Positions 17,179 to 27,580 of a stretch of DNA of 64,000 nt are shown here, piece by piece. How positions within the stretch are numbered: position 1 is the first letter of the stretch; every line of letters begins with the position of its first letter. The notes below the pieces were generated by a model. It was not told the origin of the DNA and did no database searches. It saw only the letters and a program-made list of their open reading frames with translations. A program made the translations under genes and the position numbers. The stretch lies in IMG/VR virus record IMGVR_UViG_3300010430_000003, positions 62,001 to 126,000 of that record; one strand, 5' to 3'.

Positions 17179-19380
17179 ATGGCAACAAAAGAAGAAATTG
17201 CACAAATGGTTAATGAGGCGATTGCTGAGTCTCTAGAAGAGCAAAACCAATCCCTCAAAGAACAAAACGAAATTTATCAAGAGAAGCTCAATTCTATTGA
17301 TGAAATTGTTAAGGCTGAAGAACGTCGCCGTGAACTTCTTGAGAAAGAGTGGGAACTATCTGAAAAAATGGCTACTGCTTCTAAAAAGCAGAAAAGAACC
17401 ATTGATGAAAGGATAACTGCTCATAAAGAAGAACGAGAAGAAATAGAAAAAACTTATGGGGTAAGGCAAGATAAAGAGTATGAAGCTCTTAAGTCTTATC
17501 GAAAGTCAATTGAAGTTGGCAAGCGTTCGATGTCTGAACTTCTTGCGAAAATTGGCATTAATAACGAGTGGGATGATTCATTTTTTGGTAAGATGGAACA
17601 TGCCATGCGGCAGGGAAACCTAAGAGGACATCTAGCTGGATTTGGGGATGAGTTAGCAGAACTTCCACAGAAGGTTGGCGGCTCAATGATGATGAAAGCT
17701 TATCGAGAAACGATAAGTCTTGCTAAAGCTCAAGATACTGCCACATCAGCACTTTCAAAAGCAACAGGTGCCGGTGATAAATATGATCAAACAATTCAAG
17801 ATGTCTATATGTCAAATAGACGGTTTGGTGCCTCTTTTGATGATGCCAATAATGCAATATCATCAATGTATTCTCAAGTGCCAAAATTTGATACTATCTC
17901 ACAAGGCACAAGAGACAGTTTAGCTGAAACTTCAATTCTGCTCGAAAAGTTGGGGGTGTCAGGTGATACATCTGCTGGTATCGTATCTCACATGACGACG
18001 ACAATGGCACTCTCAGCAGACCAAGCCATTAAGTACACAAAGGAGCTTGCTGGGCTGTCTGGTGCTGGTATGGATCTCCAGAAGGTATATGGAGATTATA
18101 TGCAAGTTGCCAATCGTCTTGCAACATATACTGGTCCTAAATCAATTGAAGTCTTTCAAAAGTTGGGAAAGGTTGCTAAGGCCACAGCTAGTGATGTTAG
18201 TACATTGTTAGATGTTGCAGAACAATTTGATACTTTTGATCGAGCGGCGGAAGTGGCAGGTCGTTTTAATGCGCTTTTAGGTGGCAATTTCATTGATCCA
18301 ACAGCTTTAGTTAATATGGAAGATATGGGTGATCGCATCAACTATATTGTTGGGTTGAGGGACAAAGCTGGCGTGATGTGGGAGACACTCAGCCGCTATG
18401 AAAGGTTATCTCTTGCTAGTTCTCTTGGCATGGAAGTTGATCAGCTAGGAAAACTATGGACAATGTCTCGTGGTGAAATGGAGGCAAGTGCCGAAGCTGC
18501 TGAGAAACTTGAAAAGAGAGCGCAAGCTGCTGTATCTGTGCAAGAAAAATGGACATCGGTGCAACAGACATTTGCTATTGCAATGGGGCCTGCCATTGAT
18601 TTGCTTGCTAAGGCTTCTGAGTGGTATCTGCAATTAGATAAGGATACACAGGAGCTTATAGGAGGCACCACAGCGCTTGGTATTGGTATTGCTGCACTGG
18701 CAGCCCCGATTGTTAAGATGACCACCACATTGGCTGCTGTGGCTATTCAAGCGGGAGCAACAGTTACTGCCAATACTGCCATTGCTGCTTCTTCTGGGCC
18801 TGCTGCTGCTGGTATTACCACTATCGGCTCTGCCGCAAATAAAGCTGGTCCTGGGTTACTCAAATTAAGTGGTTTTGCATTAGCTCTTGGTGGTGCTTTT
18901 GGTTTGGCGGGTGCTGGTATGTATGGGTTTGGTACTGGTGTGTCCAAAATTTTCGATAGCTTGAATGAAGAAAAAGTAGACGCTTTAGGACAATTATTTT
19001 TGAATGTGTCTTCATTCGCCCCACTAGCTATGTTTGCAATTCCCGCTACAATTGGATTCACAGCGGCATTAGCAGGTATGTCAAAGGTGGTAGACGAATT
19101 TGATGCTGGTAAGTTAGCAAGTTTAGCAGAAATGACTTCAAACTTTTCAGATCTTAAGAAAGATAATGTGGAAATTTATACAAGAGCGGTAAGAGAAACA
19201 ACGCAGTTATATAAAGCCGCGAAGGATAGTGGAGTTTCAAATCCTATTCCAAACGTTCAACAACAAGCCTCCTCTCAAAATTATTCTGTTCCTTTTGTTA
19301 TTAAATTAAACGAAAGAGAGTTAAATAATTTTGTTGTGGAGATAGTTAAGGGTGAAGTTGGTATTCTTGCTCGGGATTAA
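17179..19380 (+). CDS. tape measure protein
   Basis: Coiled-coil N-terminus, Ala/Gly-rich helical body with hydrophobic stretches; lies between chaperones and baseplate genes. Confidence 0.75.
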   Translation: MATKEEIAQMVNEAIAESLEEQNQSLKEQNEIYQEKLNSIDEIVKAEERRRELLEKEWELSEKMATASKKQKRTIDERITAHKEEREEIEKTYGVRQDKEYEALKSYRKSIEVGKRSMSELLAKIGINNEWDDSFFGKMEHAMRQGNLRGHLAGFGDELAELPQKVGGSMMMKAYRETISLAKAQDTATSALSKATGAGDKYDQTIQDVYMSNRRFGASFDDANNAISSMYSQVPKFDTISQGTRDSLAETSILLEKLGVSGDTSAGIVSHMTTTMALSADQAIKYTKELAGLSGAGMDLQKVYGDYMQVANRLATYTGPKSIEVFQKLGKVAKATASDVSTLLDVAEQFDTFDRAAEVAGRFNALLGGNFIDPTALVNMEDMGDRINYIVGLRDKAGVMWETLSRYERLSLASSLGMEVDQLGKLWTMSRGEMEASAEAAEKLEKRAQAAVSVQEKWTSVQQTFAIAMGPAIDLLAKASEWYLQLDKDTQELIGGTTALGIGIAALAAPIVKMTTTLAAVAIQAGATVTANTAIAASSGPAAAGITTIGSAANKAGPGLLKLSGFALALGGAFGLAGAGMYGFGTGVSKIFDSLNEEKVDALGQLFLNVSSFAPLAMFAIPATIGFTAALAGMSKVVDEFDAGKLASLAEMTSNFSDLKKDNVEIYTRAVRETTQLYKAAKDSGVSNPIPNVQQQASSQNYSVPFVIKLNERELNNFVVEIVKGEVGILARD

Positions 19381-19382
19381 TA

Positions 19383-20270
19383 ATGGCTCAAAAATTTAAA
19401 AGCGTTGTAAGAGAAAGAGAAAGAGCTAAACAGTATTATGATAAAACAGATGAGCTTTTTAATGCTGGTCTTATTTTAGAGTTTTATCATATACCATCTG
19501 GCCAATCTGTTTCTTTTAAGGCATATATAACTAATCTAACCGATAATTTTAATCAATCATGGAATTCTGAAAAAGTTATCGGCCGTTCCGATCCGTTTCA
19601 TAACTATGAAAACACAGAGCGAGTCATTAACTTGGGATGGGAGATCATCGCCGCCTCGGATTTTGAAGCTCAGACAAACATGCAAGATATTTCACTGTTA
19701 GCAATGATGAATTATCCCAAATATGATCAAGGGATAGAACAAGCTTTAGCAGGTGTGCAAAGTGCTACCACCATAACTGAATCTCCTTTGTTTCGAGTCA
19801 AGTTAATGAATTTGATTACGTCAACAAAAGAATTAACTGCACAATCAGAAATTGGAAGGGCTAAACTGTCTGGCTTGCCGTGCAGAATTGACGGGTTTTC
19901 CTTTTCTCATGTAGTTGACGATGGGTATTTTTCTCATACAAATGAAAGCTTAACAGTTGATAATTCTGTTAATATTGTCAAGGTATATCCAAAGACAATT
20001 GAAGCCTCTTGTACATTATATGTAACTCATGATCATGCCCTTGGGTGGTCTTCTGAGGGGAAGTTTAGAGGTAGTGAATACTATCCTTATGATGAAGCTG
20101 CCCCGCTATTAGAAGAGTTTGTTGAAATAGAGGAAGATGTTAATAGTATTGATAGTGTATTAAACTCTTTAGATGAATCCATTGAACAAGAAGATACATT
20201 GGTAGAAAAAGCTCTTAAAAATATTGAATTAAACGAATCAATATTTAATTCAATAATGGAGGGAAGTTAA
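19383..20270 (+). CDS. baseplate/tail tube initiator protein
   Basis: FKAYIT...D.F...W....IGRSDP...Y..T.R.I motif. Confidence 0.7.
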   Translation: MAQKFKSVVRERERAKQYYDKTDELFNAGLILEFYHIPSGQSVSFKAYITNLTDNFNQSWNSEKVIGRSDPFHNYENTERVINLGWEIIAASDFEAQTNMQDISLLAMMNYPKYDQGIEQALAGVQSATTITESPLFRVKLMNLITSTKELTAQSEIGRAKLSGLPCRIDGFSFSHVVDDGYFSHTNESLTVDNSVNIVKVYPKTIEASCTLYVTHDHALGWSSEGKFRGSEYYPYDEAAPLLEEFVEIEEDVNSIDSVLNSLDESIEQEDTLVEKALKNIELNESIFNSIMEGS

Positions 20271-20608
20271 TGCCATCAAGATATAATAAAAAACAAACAT
20301 ATATTAATGATGATCCACGATATAAAGATTTTGTTAAAGAGCGCGGGATTAAGAAAGTTAATCAATATGCCTTTACAGATATGACATATCCAACGGCCTT
20401 ACAAATATCCCAGATGTCTGTTGTAAAGCACGTTTGGGGGGTTGGCTCAAAACTTTATAAGATTGCACACGAACATTATAATGATCCTACTTTATGGTGG
20501 ATTATAGCATGGTTCAACAAGAAGCCAACTGAAGCACATTTTGAAATTGGAGATTTGGTTAGTATTCCAATGCCGCTTGAGAAGATATATGAAATCTTGG
20601 ATATATAA
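20270..20608 (+). CDS. LysM-like baseplate wedge protein (gp53-like)
   Basis: LYKIAHEHYNDPTLWWIIAWFN...GD...IP. Confidence 0.8.
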   Translation: MPSRYNKKQTYINDDPRYKDFVKERGIKKVNQYAFTDMTYPTALQISQMSVVKHVWGVGSKLYKIAHEHYNDPTLWWIIAWFNKKPTEAHFEIGDLVSIPMPLEKIYEILDI

Positions 20609-23151
20609 TGTCAGATATTACAGATAAAATTGCTTCGTCTCTTAAAGAGAGTAATGATGAATTCTTCCGAGATACCGCTGAATTCTTCGGAGGTGAAGAG
20701 TTCGCCGAGCGTTTTGAGAGAGGTCAACGTCGGCGAGATGTGGTTGTGGATACTCTCTTGGAAGAGGGGATATCCCCTGCTTTTGAAAAAGCTAAAGAGT
20801 TTATTTTTGGGGAGGATAAAGAAGATGTTATCGAGAAAAATATTCAAGAGATTACCAAGAACGCGCAGACGTTATTAACATTAAATTATGATTATCTCAA
20901 GACCTTTCTTGATAAGCGTATAAAAGAAGAGAATCTTCCGTTTAAAAGCTTTGGTACGATTATCTCTGATCCAACAAAGGTAATGAATCATTTTGTCAGA
21001 CCAGATGATTTTAAAGACTTTCTTAATATTACTCCGAATACTTTAGCTAAATTAATTCCAACTGTTAGACTGTTTAAAACTACATATGATAATGTTGGAA
21101 ATGAGCAAAATAATTTTGAAATTAGATTTGATGAGTTTTTAAGTGATCCAACCTCCATTCTTGAAAATAAACTATCAAGGGGATCTGGTATTGGTTTGCA
21201 ATCATTTGACTGGTCCTATAAAGGGACAAATCCATTTGAATCAACAAATCTCATTGAGGCCAACCTTAAAATAAGACTTTCATCTGCGGAAGATTTAGAC
21301 CGTGAATATATCCTGTCTGCAAATGATGGAACAACCACTAGATTTAAACTTATTGATTTAGTAGTTCCCAAAGTTGTTAATGGCGAGGATGAGTATGAAC
21401 CTAACGCTTTAACCTATAAAGCTGTTGTTGGTTATTCTCCCAACTTTACAGTTGAAAGCAAAGAAGAAATAAAAATTAAAAGACAGCTTGAGATTTTAAG
21501 AAGAACATTGTTGCTAACGAGAACAACTCACGATCTTGAATTTCGACAAAATGGCACGGTTGTAGTAACTATAGGTTTTCAAGCTCGTATGGACACTGCT
21601 TTTAAAACACCCCAAAACGATATCTTAGGTTTATTCGGTACAAACATTAGAAAAATTGAGGGCATTATAGAAGAACTTAGCAAGGATCTTGAAAAATTAC
21701 GTTCTAGTTGTGGCGACGATGATATAACTGAATATGAGTCATTCAAGAAAATTTTTGAGGAGCAAGAAAAGAAACTTGAAAAGAGTAAAGAAATTACATA
21801 CAAGCGTTTGTTAGATGTATTGATGAGCACAAATAGAGTGTACACTGTCGACATATCTCTAGAATCGGTTGGAATTGAGAAGGATGGAAAAACTGGAAAC
21901 TACGAGTTTGTTAAAACAACAAAGCTTCAAGAGAGTTTAAACACCCTGATTGGCAATTTTGGAAACAACAATATTCAGGTTAGGCAATTCAGTGGCCCTG
22001 TTAGAAGAAGATTGGTGGGTCGGGGATCAAATGTCGAACAGAAAGCAGAATCATTAAAACAAGATCTTAACAAACAAATTTCACAATGCATTATTGAAGG
22101 AGGAGATACTTTTGAGGTTCCCTTCATTTTCTTTGGTGATTTAATAGAAGCTGCGATGATTCCTTTTACTTTGGATGAAAATCCTTATAATAAAGATTTA
22201 AGAGTTTTCCTTGGGACTGGAATTATTAAACAGCCCAATAAATCAAAAATTACTTACAATATGAGTCATGTTCCTATCTCTCTTGATTTGTTTATGGATT
22301 GGTTCATTGATACAATTTATAGACCTCAAAGAAGTTATTTCTTTTTGAAAGATTTTCTTGTATCTGCGTCAACTGGCTTGTTGGGGGAAGCTCTTAGAAC
22401 TGAACATCTTGGAATATTAGCACCTATCTTTTCAAGAAATATTATTACAACAACTCTCGAACTTCCAGCCGAGATTGCTAATAAGAGCAGAATTAACTTG
22501 GAACAGGAAAAGATTAGTATGCATTCTGCTGCGCTAATTAAAAACAATATATCTTGCTATCTTGTTAGTTCTCGAAATAACTTTGGAGTCTCTAAAAGAG
22601 AAGACGTACCAAATCTTAAAATAGGTGTTGATAGGGGTTTGGTTAAAAAGATCGATTATCAAAGAACTGAGCAGCCGTTCCTTCGAGAGATTGCAATGAA
22701 TCATACAGAATCTGATACATTTTCAAGAATCTCTGAGCCGTATAAAGCTACAATTACCATGATTGGAAACAACCTCTTTTATCCGGGGCAAACGGTTTAT
22801 TTGGAACCCACGCCTGCCTTTCCGGGTGGATTAATTAAAGGTAGTGCTGGCGCATGGTTGAAGATTCGAGGCATCTTCTTTATTATCAGTGTTAATAACT
22901 ACATTGAGCAGGGAAGGTTTGAAACTTCACTTATTGCCACTTGGATTGGTTGGGGTGACGAAACAAACAATAACATTCTAATTGGTTCCTCACAACCAGA
23001 GAATTGCAATAGCCAAAGATTAACAGATGAAATTCGCTCAAAGTTCAAACAACTAGATCCCGATATAGTTGTTGATGAAGGAATTGAGCAGACTCTAAGA
23101 ACAAAAGAGAGTATCGGAAGATCTGGAAGATCTGGTTACGGCAAAAGATAG
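20608..23151 (+). CDS. baseplate hub-like structural protein
   Basis: C-terminal ATITMIGNNLFYPGQ...G.F.I.SV.N.I..G.FET.L hub signature. Confidence 0.6.
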   Translation: MSDITDKIASSLKESNDEFFRDTAEFFGGEEFAERFERGQRRRDVVVDTLLEEGISPAFEKAKEFIFGEDKEDVIEKNIQEITKNAQTLLTLNYDYLKTFLDKRIKEENLPFKSFGTIISDPTKVMNHFVRPDDFKDFLNITPNTLAKLIPTVRLFKTTYDNVGNEQNNFEIRFDEFLSDPTSILENKLSRGSGIGLQSFDWSYKGTNPFESTNLIEANLKIRLSSAEDLDREYILSANDGTTTRFKLIDLVVPKVVNGEDEYEPNALTYKAVVGYSPNFTVESKEEIKIKRQLEILRRTLLLTRTTHDLEFRQNGTVVVTIGFQARMDTAFKTPQNDILGLFGTNIRKIEGIIEELSKDLEKLRSSCGDDDITEYESFKKIFEEQEKKLEKSKEITYKRLLDVLMSTNRVYTVDISLESVGIEKDGKTGNYEFVKTTKLQESLNTLIGNFGNNNIQVRQFSGPVRRRLVGRGSNVEQKAESLKQDLNKQISQCIIEGGDTFEVPFIFFGDLIEAAMIPFTLDENPYNKDLRVFLGTGIIKQPNKSKITYNMSHVPISLDLFMDWFIDTIYRPQRSYFFLKDFLVSASTGLLGEALRTEHLGILAPIFSRNIITTTLELPAEIANKSRINLEQEKISMHSAALIKNNISCYLVSSRNNFGVSKREDVPNLKIGVDRGLVKKIDYQRTEQPFLREIAMNHTESDTFSRISEPYKATITMIGNNLFYPGQTVYLEPTPAFPGGLIKGSAGAWLKIRGIFFIISVNNYIEQGRFETSLIATWIGWGDETNNNILIGSSQPENCNSQRLTDEIRSKFKQLDPDIVVDEGIEQTLRTKESIGRSGRSGYGKR

Positions 23152-23191
23152 CGCAAAATTCTGCACAGAAAACAAAAAAATAATTCACAAC

Positions 23192-23219
23192 TTGAAAAAG
23201 GGGATCTGTTATATATAAG
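23192..23219 (+). promoter_or_regulatory. sigma70-like early promoter of the replication block
   Basis: A-tract + TTGAAA-N16-TATAAG. Confidence 0.6.
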
Positions 23220-23249
23220 GCTGTTGTCACTTCTCGGCAGCCTCCCCAA

Positions 23250-24449
23250 ATGTATTTTGAAGTATTGGATCAAAAGCAGAATTGTATAGGATACTATGCC
23301 AACGGGGAAATTATAACTTCGTTGACAGACGAGCTTGGCATTACTTGGGGAATGCATGACTCATTATGGGAACGTGATGATGTTGTTATGTCTGCTGTCA
23401 TGGAAAGTTGGAAAATTGATCAAATCTGTCCCGAGAAATATAGGGAAGTTTGGTTATCCTTTAACAATAAATTTGAAGCCTTCAAGAAGTCCTTTAGGGA
23501 AGCAAAGATGGATATGGAAGAATTCTGTATCTGGGAATTGATTCCTGAACGATTTTTGATTGATTATTTTAGTTTAAAAACTGAGATTGTTAAAGAGCTT
23601 TATATTAATCCCAACAATGACATTCCCCTTTGTTATGACATCAACAAAAAGATCGTTGCTATATGCAACAACATTTCCGAAAGAAAGATAAAAGTAAATA
23701 AGAAAGCTCTATACCCATTTCTGGGAGAGCAAAAAGCAAAGAGTGTCTATAAGCTATTGCTTATGAGTGCCGGCCAATATATTCAATATGAGCCGTTTAA
23801 AACAATTACAAATAGACTGTCTATTAAAACAGGAAGTTTCCCAATTCTTAATTTGAAAAAAGAATATAGGAAGATGCTGATTCCAACAAATGAATATTTT
23901 GTTGAGTTTGACTTTAATGCAGCAGAAGTAAGAACTCTATTATCTCTGTGTGACCGAGAACAACCTAAAGAAGATGTCTATGACTGGATTGGTTCTAATA
24001 TCCTTGATCAAGAAGATAGGAACAGAACTAAAACAACAACGTTAGCATGGCTCTACAATCCAGATGCTACTAATAACAAGCTAGCTTCTTTTCTTTCAAG
24101 AGACAAGATGCTTTCATCATCTTATGATGGAGAAAAGGTTATTACTCCCTTTCATAGAGAGATTAAATCAGATGATTTTCACGCTCTGAATTATTTGATT
24201 CAAAGTTCATCATCTGACAATACTCTTGATAGAGTTTATGAGATCATTTCATTCTTGAAACAGAAAAATGCAAAGACCTTTGTATCTTTTGTTTTGCACG
24301 ACAGTGTTATCTTAGATTTTTCAGCTAAGGAGCTTTCTTATATGAAGGAGTTGATAACTTTATTTAAAAATACACAATTGGGAAAGTTTCCTGTTAATGT
24401 ATCAATTGGTGATAATTTTGGAGAACTAAAAAAGCAAGGAGTGTTTTGA
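23250..24449 (+). CDS. minimal family-A DNA polymerase domain protein
   Basis: Motif A EFDFNAAEVR, motif B R...KTTTLAWLY, NYLIQS, motif C VLHDSV. Confidence 0.8.
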   Translation: MYFEVLDQKQNCIGYYANGEIITSLTDELGITWGMHDSLWERDDVVMSAVMESWKIDQICPEKYREVWLSFNNKFEAFKKSFREAKMDMEEFCIWELIPERFLIDYFSLKTEIVKELYINPNNDIPLCYDINKKIVAICNNISERKIKVNKKALYPFLGEQKAKSVYKLLLMSAGQYIQYEPFKTITNRLSIKTGSFPILNLKKEYRKMLIPTNEYFVEFDFNAAEVRTLLSLCDREQPKEDVYDWIGSNILDQEDRNRTKTTTLAWLYNPDATNNKLASFLSRDKMLSSSYDGEKVITPFHREIKSDDFHALNYLIQSSSSDNTLDRVYEIISFLKQKNAKTFVSFVLHDSVILDFSAKELSYMKELITLFKNTQLGKFPVNVSIGDNFGELKKQGVF

Positions 24450-24706
24450 AAAAGTTAGTATCTGACGAGCGTATCAAAGAAATTATTGAGGAATTTAATG
24501 CTTTGCAAGTTGGTAACAACAATGATCTGTTTGCCTCTCTTTATGAGTTCGACAGAACAAGCAAGCAAGTATTTATTATAATAGAAGAACATCAAGACAT
24601 TTATGCTTTTGAAGAACTTGAGAAAATGTTGAAAGAAAAAGTTCATAAGAAGGTTCTCCTTGCTTATGTTAAGAATAATAAAATCTTTGATAATTACTTG
24701 GAGTAA
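24446..24706 (+). CDS. hypothetical protein
   Basis: Operonic ORF overlapping the upstream stop. Confidence 0.55.
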   Translation: MKKLVSDERIKEIIEEFNALQVGNNNDLFASLYEFDRTSKQVFIIIEEHQDIYAFEELEKMLKEKVHKKVLLAYVKNNKIFDNYLE

Positions 24707-24708
24707 AC

Positions 24709-25689
24709 ATGGGAATTCCGTTTTATAGAAAAGTATTGGTACCTGGCTGCATGAGTATTCAAAATACATTCTTTACTGTTGGCAAACATAGAAAAATTTA
24801 CTTAGAGGATGAGTTTAAGGATAAGATTAAAAAAGTTAAGTTCTCTTCTTTAGATACAAAAGAGATTCTTAAAAAATATAAAATTGAAAAACATGATGAA
24901 TGTTATTGTAAAATTAAGCTTGCAGAACTGCAATCCGATTTATTAGATGAGGTTTATGATACACCTATATTTGATGCCCCACAGTTTGGTGGGAATATAG
25001 CGGGTGGTATCTGTTCAAGGATTCTGTTTGATTCTCCACTTGATGTCAAGATTCCTACAAAAGTAGTTGAAGATATGTGGTGGACTCCATATTCATTAGA
25101 GAGTTTAATGACAGGTGATATTGATGTCTTCTTTAATAACGCAAAAAGAGCTAAAGAGTATATTCAATATTTGAATAATTATGCAAGTTTATGCGAAGTG
25201 GACGAAAAGGGATACGGCGGAAAATGGGGTATAAACTACACAGGTCAATTTCATAAGAGCGAAGATAAAAAATATAAGATTCAAGTAATCACACGAACAA
25301 AGAAAGAAGATGATTCACCAATCAAAGATGTAAGGGGATTTATGGATGTCTTTGATTTATCGGCTTCAAAAATGTTCATTGAGGATGATTATATCTATAT
25401 GCACAAGTTGGCATTCGCTGGCTTGCTGAAAAATAAGCTTATAGCTTCTAGTTTTAATTCTGTAAGTTCTTTTGCAAGGCGGGTGGTTAAATATATGGCT
25501 CTGTATGGGTACGATGAAGTTGACATCTCAGATATTCCTATGTTACTTGATGAACCTAACAACTTGACATTTTTGAAACTGCAAATGAAAAATATAGTTA
25601 ATCCAATGAATGAAGTCTTAAATGAAGTAATACGTCAAGATGAAGAAGGAGATATGGATGTTATTGATTGGTATGGGAGAGGTGGGTAA
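24709..25689 (+). CDS. nucleotidyltransferase-superfamily protein (poly(A) polymerase/CCA-enzyme-like head)
   Basis: IAGGICSR, GDIDVFF (DxD), IQVI, FDLSASKM. Confidence 0.55.
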   Translation: MGIPFYRKVLVPGCMSIQNTFFTVGKHRKIYLEDEFKDKIKKVKFSSLDTKEILKKYKIEKHDECYCKIKLAELQSDLLDEVYDTPIFDAPQFGGNIAGGICSRILFDSPLDVKIPTKVVEDMWWTPYSLESLMTGDIDVFFNNAKRAKEYIQYLNNYASLCEVDEKGYGGKWGINYTGQFHKSEDKKYKIQVITRTKKEDDSPIKDVRGFMDVFDLSASKMFIEDDYIYMHKLAFAGLLKNKLIASSFNSVSSFARRVVKYMALYGYDEVDISDIPMLLDEPNNLTFLKLQMKNIVNPMNEVLNEVIRQDEEGDMDVIDWYGRGG

Positions 25690-26503
25690 AAATATACTCT
25701 CTTCCCTTCAAGATAATGAAATTATTTTAATAGATGAAGTCCTTCACGAAGGATTTGAAACGATTATTGTTAAGCCCGGAAAAGAGGGTCAGTATAAACA
25801 CGAACAGTATGATCAAATAGATCTTACTGAGAGCGATTTAGAGCGATTTAGAGACCAGAGAAAGTATTTTGTGGTGTCAGGTGGCAGTGATATATCTGGT
25901 GCCTCTCTGAAGCTTCTGGAGGCTTTAGGAGGAGAGAATACATCTGTCATTTATATAAAACCAGAGAAGGATAGTTTAACCAATATTCAGGTAATGCAAG
26001 AGAGATTAACTTACGGGGTTTTGCAAGAATCTGCAAGATCTGGTATGTTGAAAGAGATCATATTATTTGACAATAATCATATTGCCTCTTTCTCTGGAAA
26101 AGTGTCGATTAAAAATTACTATCCGACAATTAACAACCATATAACCTATGCAATAAATGCACTAATATTTTGTGAAGAAAATTCACAAGTATTTGGGAAG
26201 AAAAGAGATTACGAAGAATTGAACAGAATTGTTACACTTGGACGCGTTCACGAAAATCAAGAAGTGCTCTTTTTTCCCTTGAGAAATGAGAAAAAAGAAA
26301 CACAATACCCACTGAGCAAGACGTATTGTTATCTGGTCGTTGCAGACCAACTAGAAGATGTCGAGCTTCTCTCATCAGTGAAACAAGAGATATCAACAAT
26401 TAATCTTGGAAACATTGATGAAGTGAATTTTGGAATTTATGAAACACCTTCCAACACAGAATATAAGATGGTAATAATTGAAACTTCGCTAGTTCAAGAA
26501 TGA
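25658..26503 (+). CDS. divergent tubulin/FtsZ-like protein
   Basis: LIGMGEVGKNI (T1-like), VVSGGSDISG (degenerate GGGTGSG), ILFDN, YYPTIN; RBS AAGGAG before ATG 25658. Confidence 0.55.
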   Translation: MLLIGMGEVGKNILSSLQDNEIILIDEVLHEGFETIIVKPGKEGQYKHEQYDQIDLTESDLERFRDQRKYFVVSGGSDISGASLKLLEALGGENTSVIYIKPEKDSLTNIQVMQERLTYGVLQESARSGMLKEIILFDNNHIASFSGKVSIKNYYPTINNHITYAINALIFCEENSQVFGKKRDYEELNRIVTLGRVHENQEVLFFPLRNEKKETQYPLSKTYCYLVVADQLEDVELLSSVKQEISTINLGNIDEVNFGIYETPSNTEYKMVIIETSLVQE

Positions 26504-26805
26504 ATTGTAATATTGTATTGGCGAACAAGATTCTGATGGGGAACTATTTTGATATGCGTGATTATCTATCGAGAGATAGTATCTCCGTAAGAAAGATCAT
26601 TTCTTTGGGGGCAAAAATAGTTCCTATCATTGGACCGGACAGGCACCCATGTTTATCAGACACAGTGTTCAAACCATCATCGAGATTAGATTTATTAAGG
26701 GCTGCCCTTTCCCTTACAACAAAGGAAGGGCTTGCAAGAACAAATACTGAACTTCTCATTCTTTATATGAGTTATAAGAATGTGCTTAGAAGAAACCTAT
26801 TTTAA
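26500..26805 (+). CDS. small ORF of the hNxxh family
   Basis: MNCNIVLANKIL; ATGA overlap. Confidence 0.55.
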   Translation: MNCNIVLANKILMGNYFDMRDYLSRDSISVRKIISLGAKIVPIIGPDRHPCLSDTVFKPSSRLDLLRAALSLTTKEGLARTNTELLILYMSYKNVLRRNLF

Positions 26806-26818
26806 AAAAGGAGAATAA

Positions 26819-27580
26819 ATGGGTATTAATTTAGACAAAATGAAAGAAAAGCTCAATGAGCTTGAAAGCAAAGGATCTGGGCTTAATTTTTATAAGCCAA
26901 CTGAAGGGCAACAAGACATGATTCGTCTTCTCCCCGCAGACGACGGAGATCCCTTTGTCCAGAAGTGGATGCACTACAATGTAGGTAAAGAGTCTTTTGA
27001 GTGCCCTCATAAGATGTATGGTGAGGACTGTCCAGTTTGCGGCTTCGTTAGCAAATTATGGGACGAATACAATCAGACTCAAGACGATGAGACTCGCAAG
27101 GCTGCGAATAATCTCAAGGCAAAGCCTCGTTATTACTCACTCGTTATGGATCGCGAAGATGAAGGTCGAGTAATGGTCTGGTCATACAGCAAAACTGTTT
27201 GTCAAGAGCTTGTTAATATCGTTCTTAATCCTGATTATGGTGATATTACCGATCCACAAACAGGTAATGATATGAGGATTTCATCGAGTAAGAAAGCTAA
27301 AGCTATCTATGCAACTGTTGATCTTCAACCACGACCGATCAAGACTGCCCTTCTGGAATCACAGGATGCTATTGATGATATGATGGCAACTGCCCCTGAT
27401 GTACATTCCATCACAACTCGCAAGTCTTTTGACGAGATTAAGGATGCCCTTCAGTCATACTTCAATCAGATTGATGTTGGCGAGCTTGAAACAAGCAACA
27501 CTGAAAAGTTCAAAGCCAATGAAGAAGTAGATATTGATAATATGTTCAATGAACTCAACGCAGAATTAAGTGATGGCTAA
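26819..27580 (+). CDS. single-stranded DNA-binding protein (gp32-like)
   Basis: IRLLP, H...C...CPVC zinc site, YGDITDP.TG.D, acidic tail; strong RBS. Confidence 0.85.
   Translation: MGINLDKMKEKLNELESKGSGLNFYKPTEGQQDMIRLLPADDGDPFVQKWMHYNVGKESFECPHKMYGEDCPVCGFVSKLWDEYNQTQDDETRKAANNLKAKPRYYSLVMDREDEGRVMVWSYSKTVCQELVNIVLNPDYGDITDPQTGNDMRISSSKKAKAIYATVDLQPRPIKTALLESQDAIDDMMATAPDVHSITTRKSFDEIKDALQSYFNQIDVGELETSNTEKFKANEEVDIDNMFNELNAELSDG

Noticed and set aside
25658-26503. Nucleus-forming (PhiKZ-like) phage
   Set aside because: No recognisable shell protein or multisubunit RNA polymerase here; structural genes are T4-like and promoters are sigma70-like.
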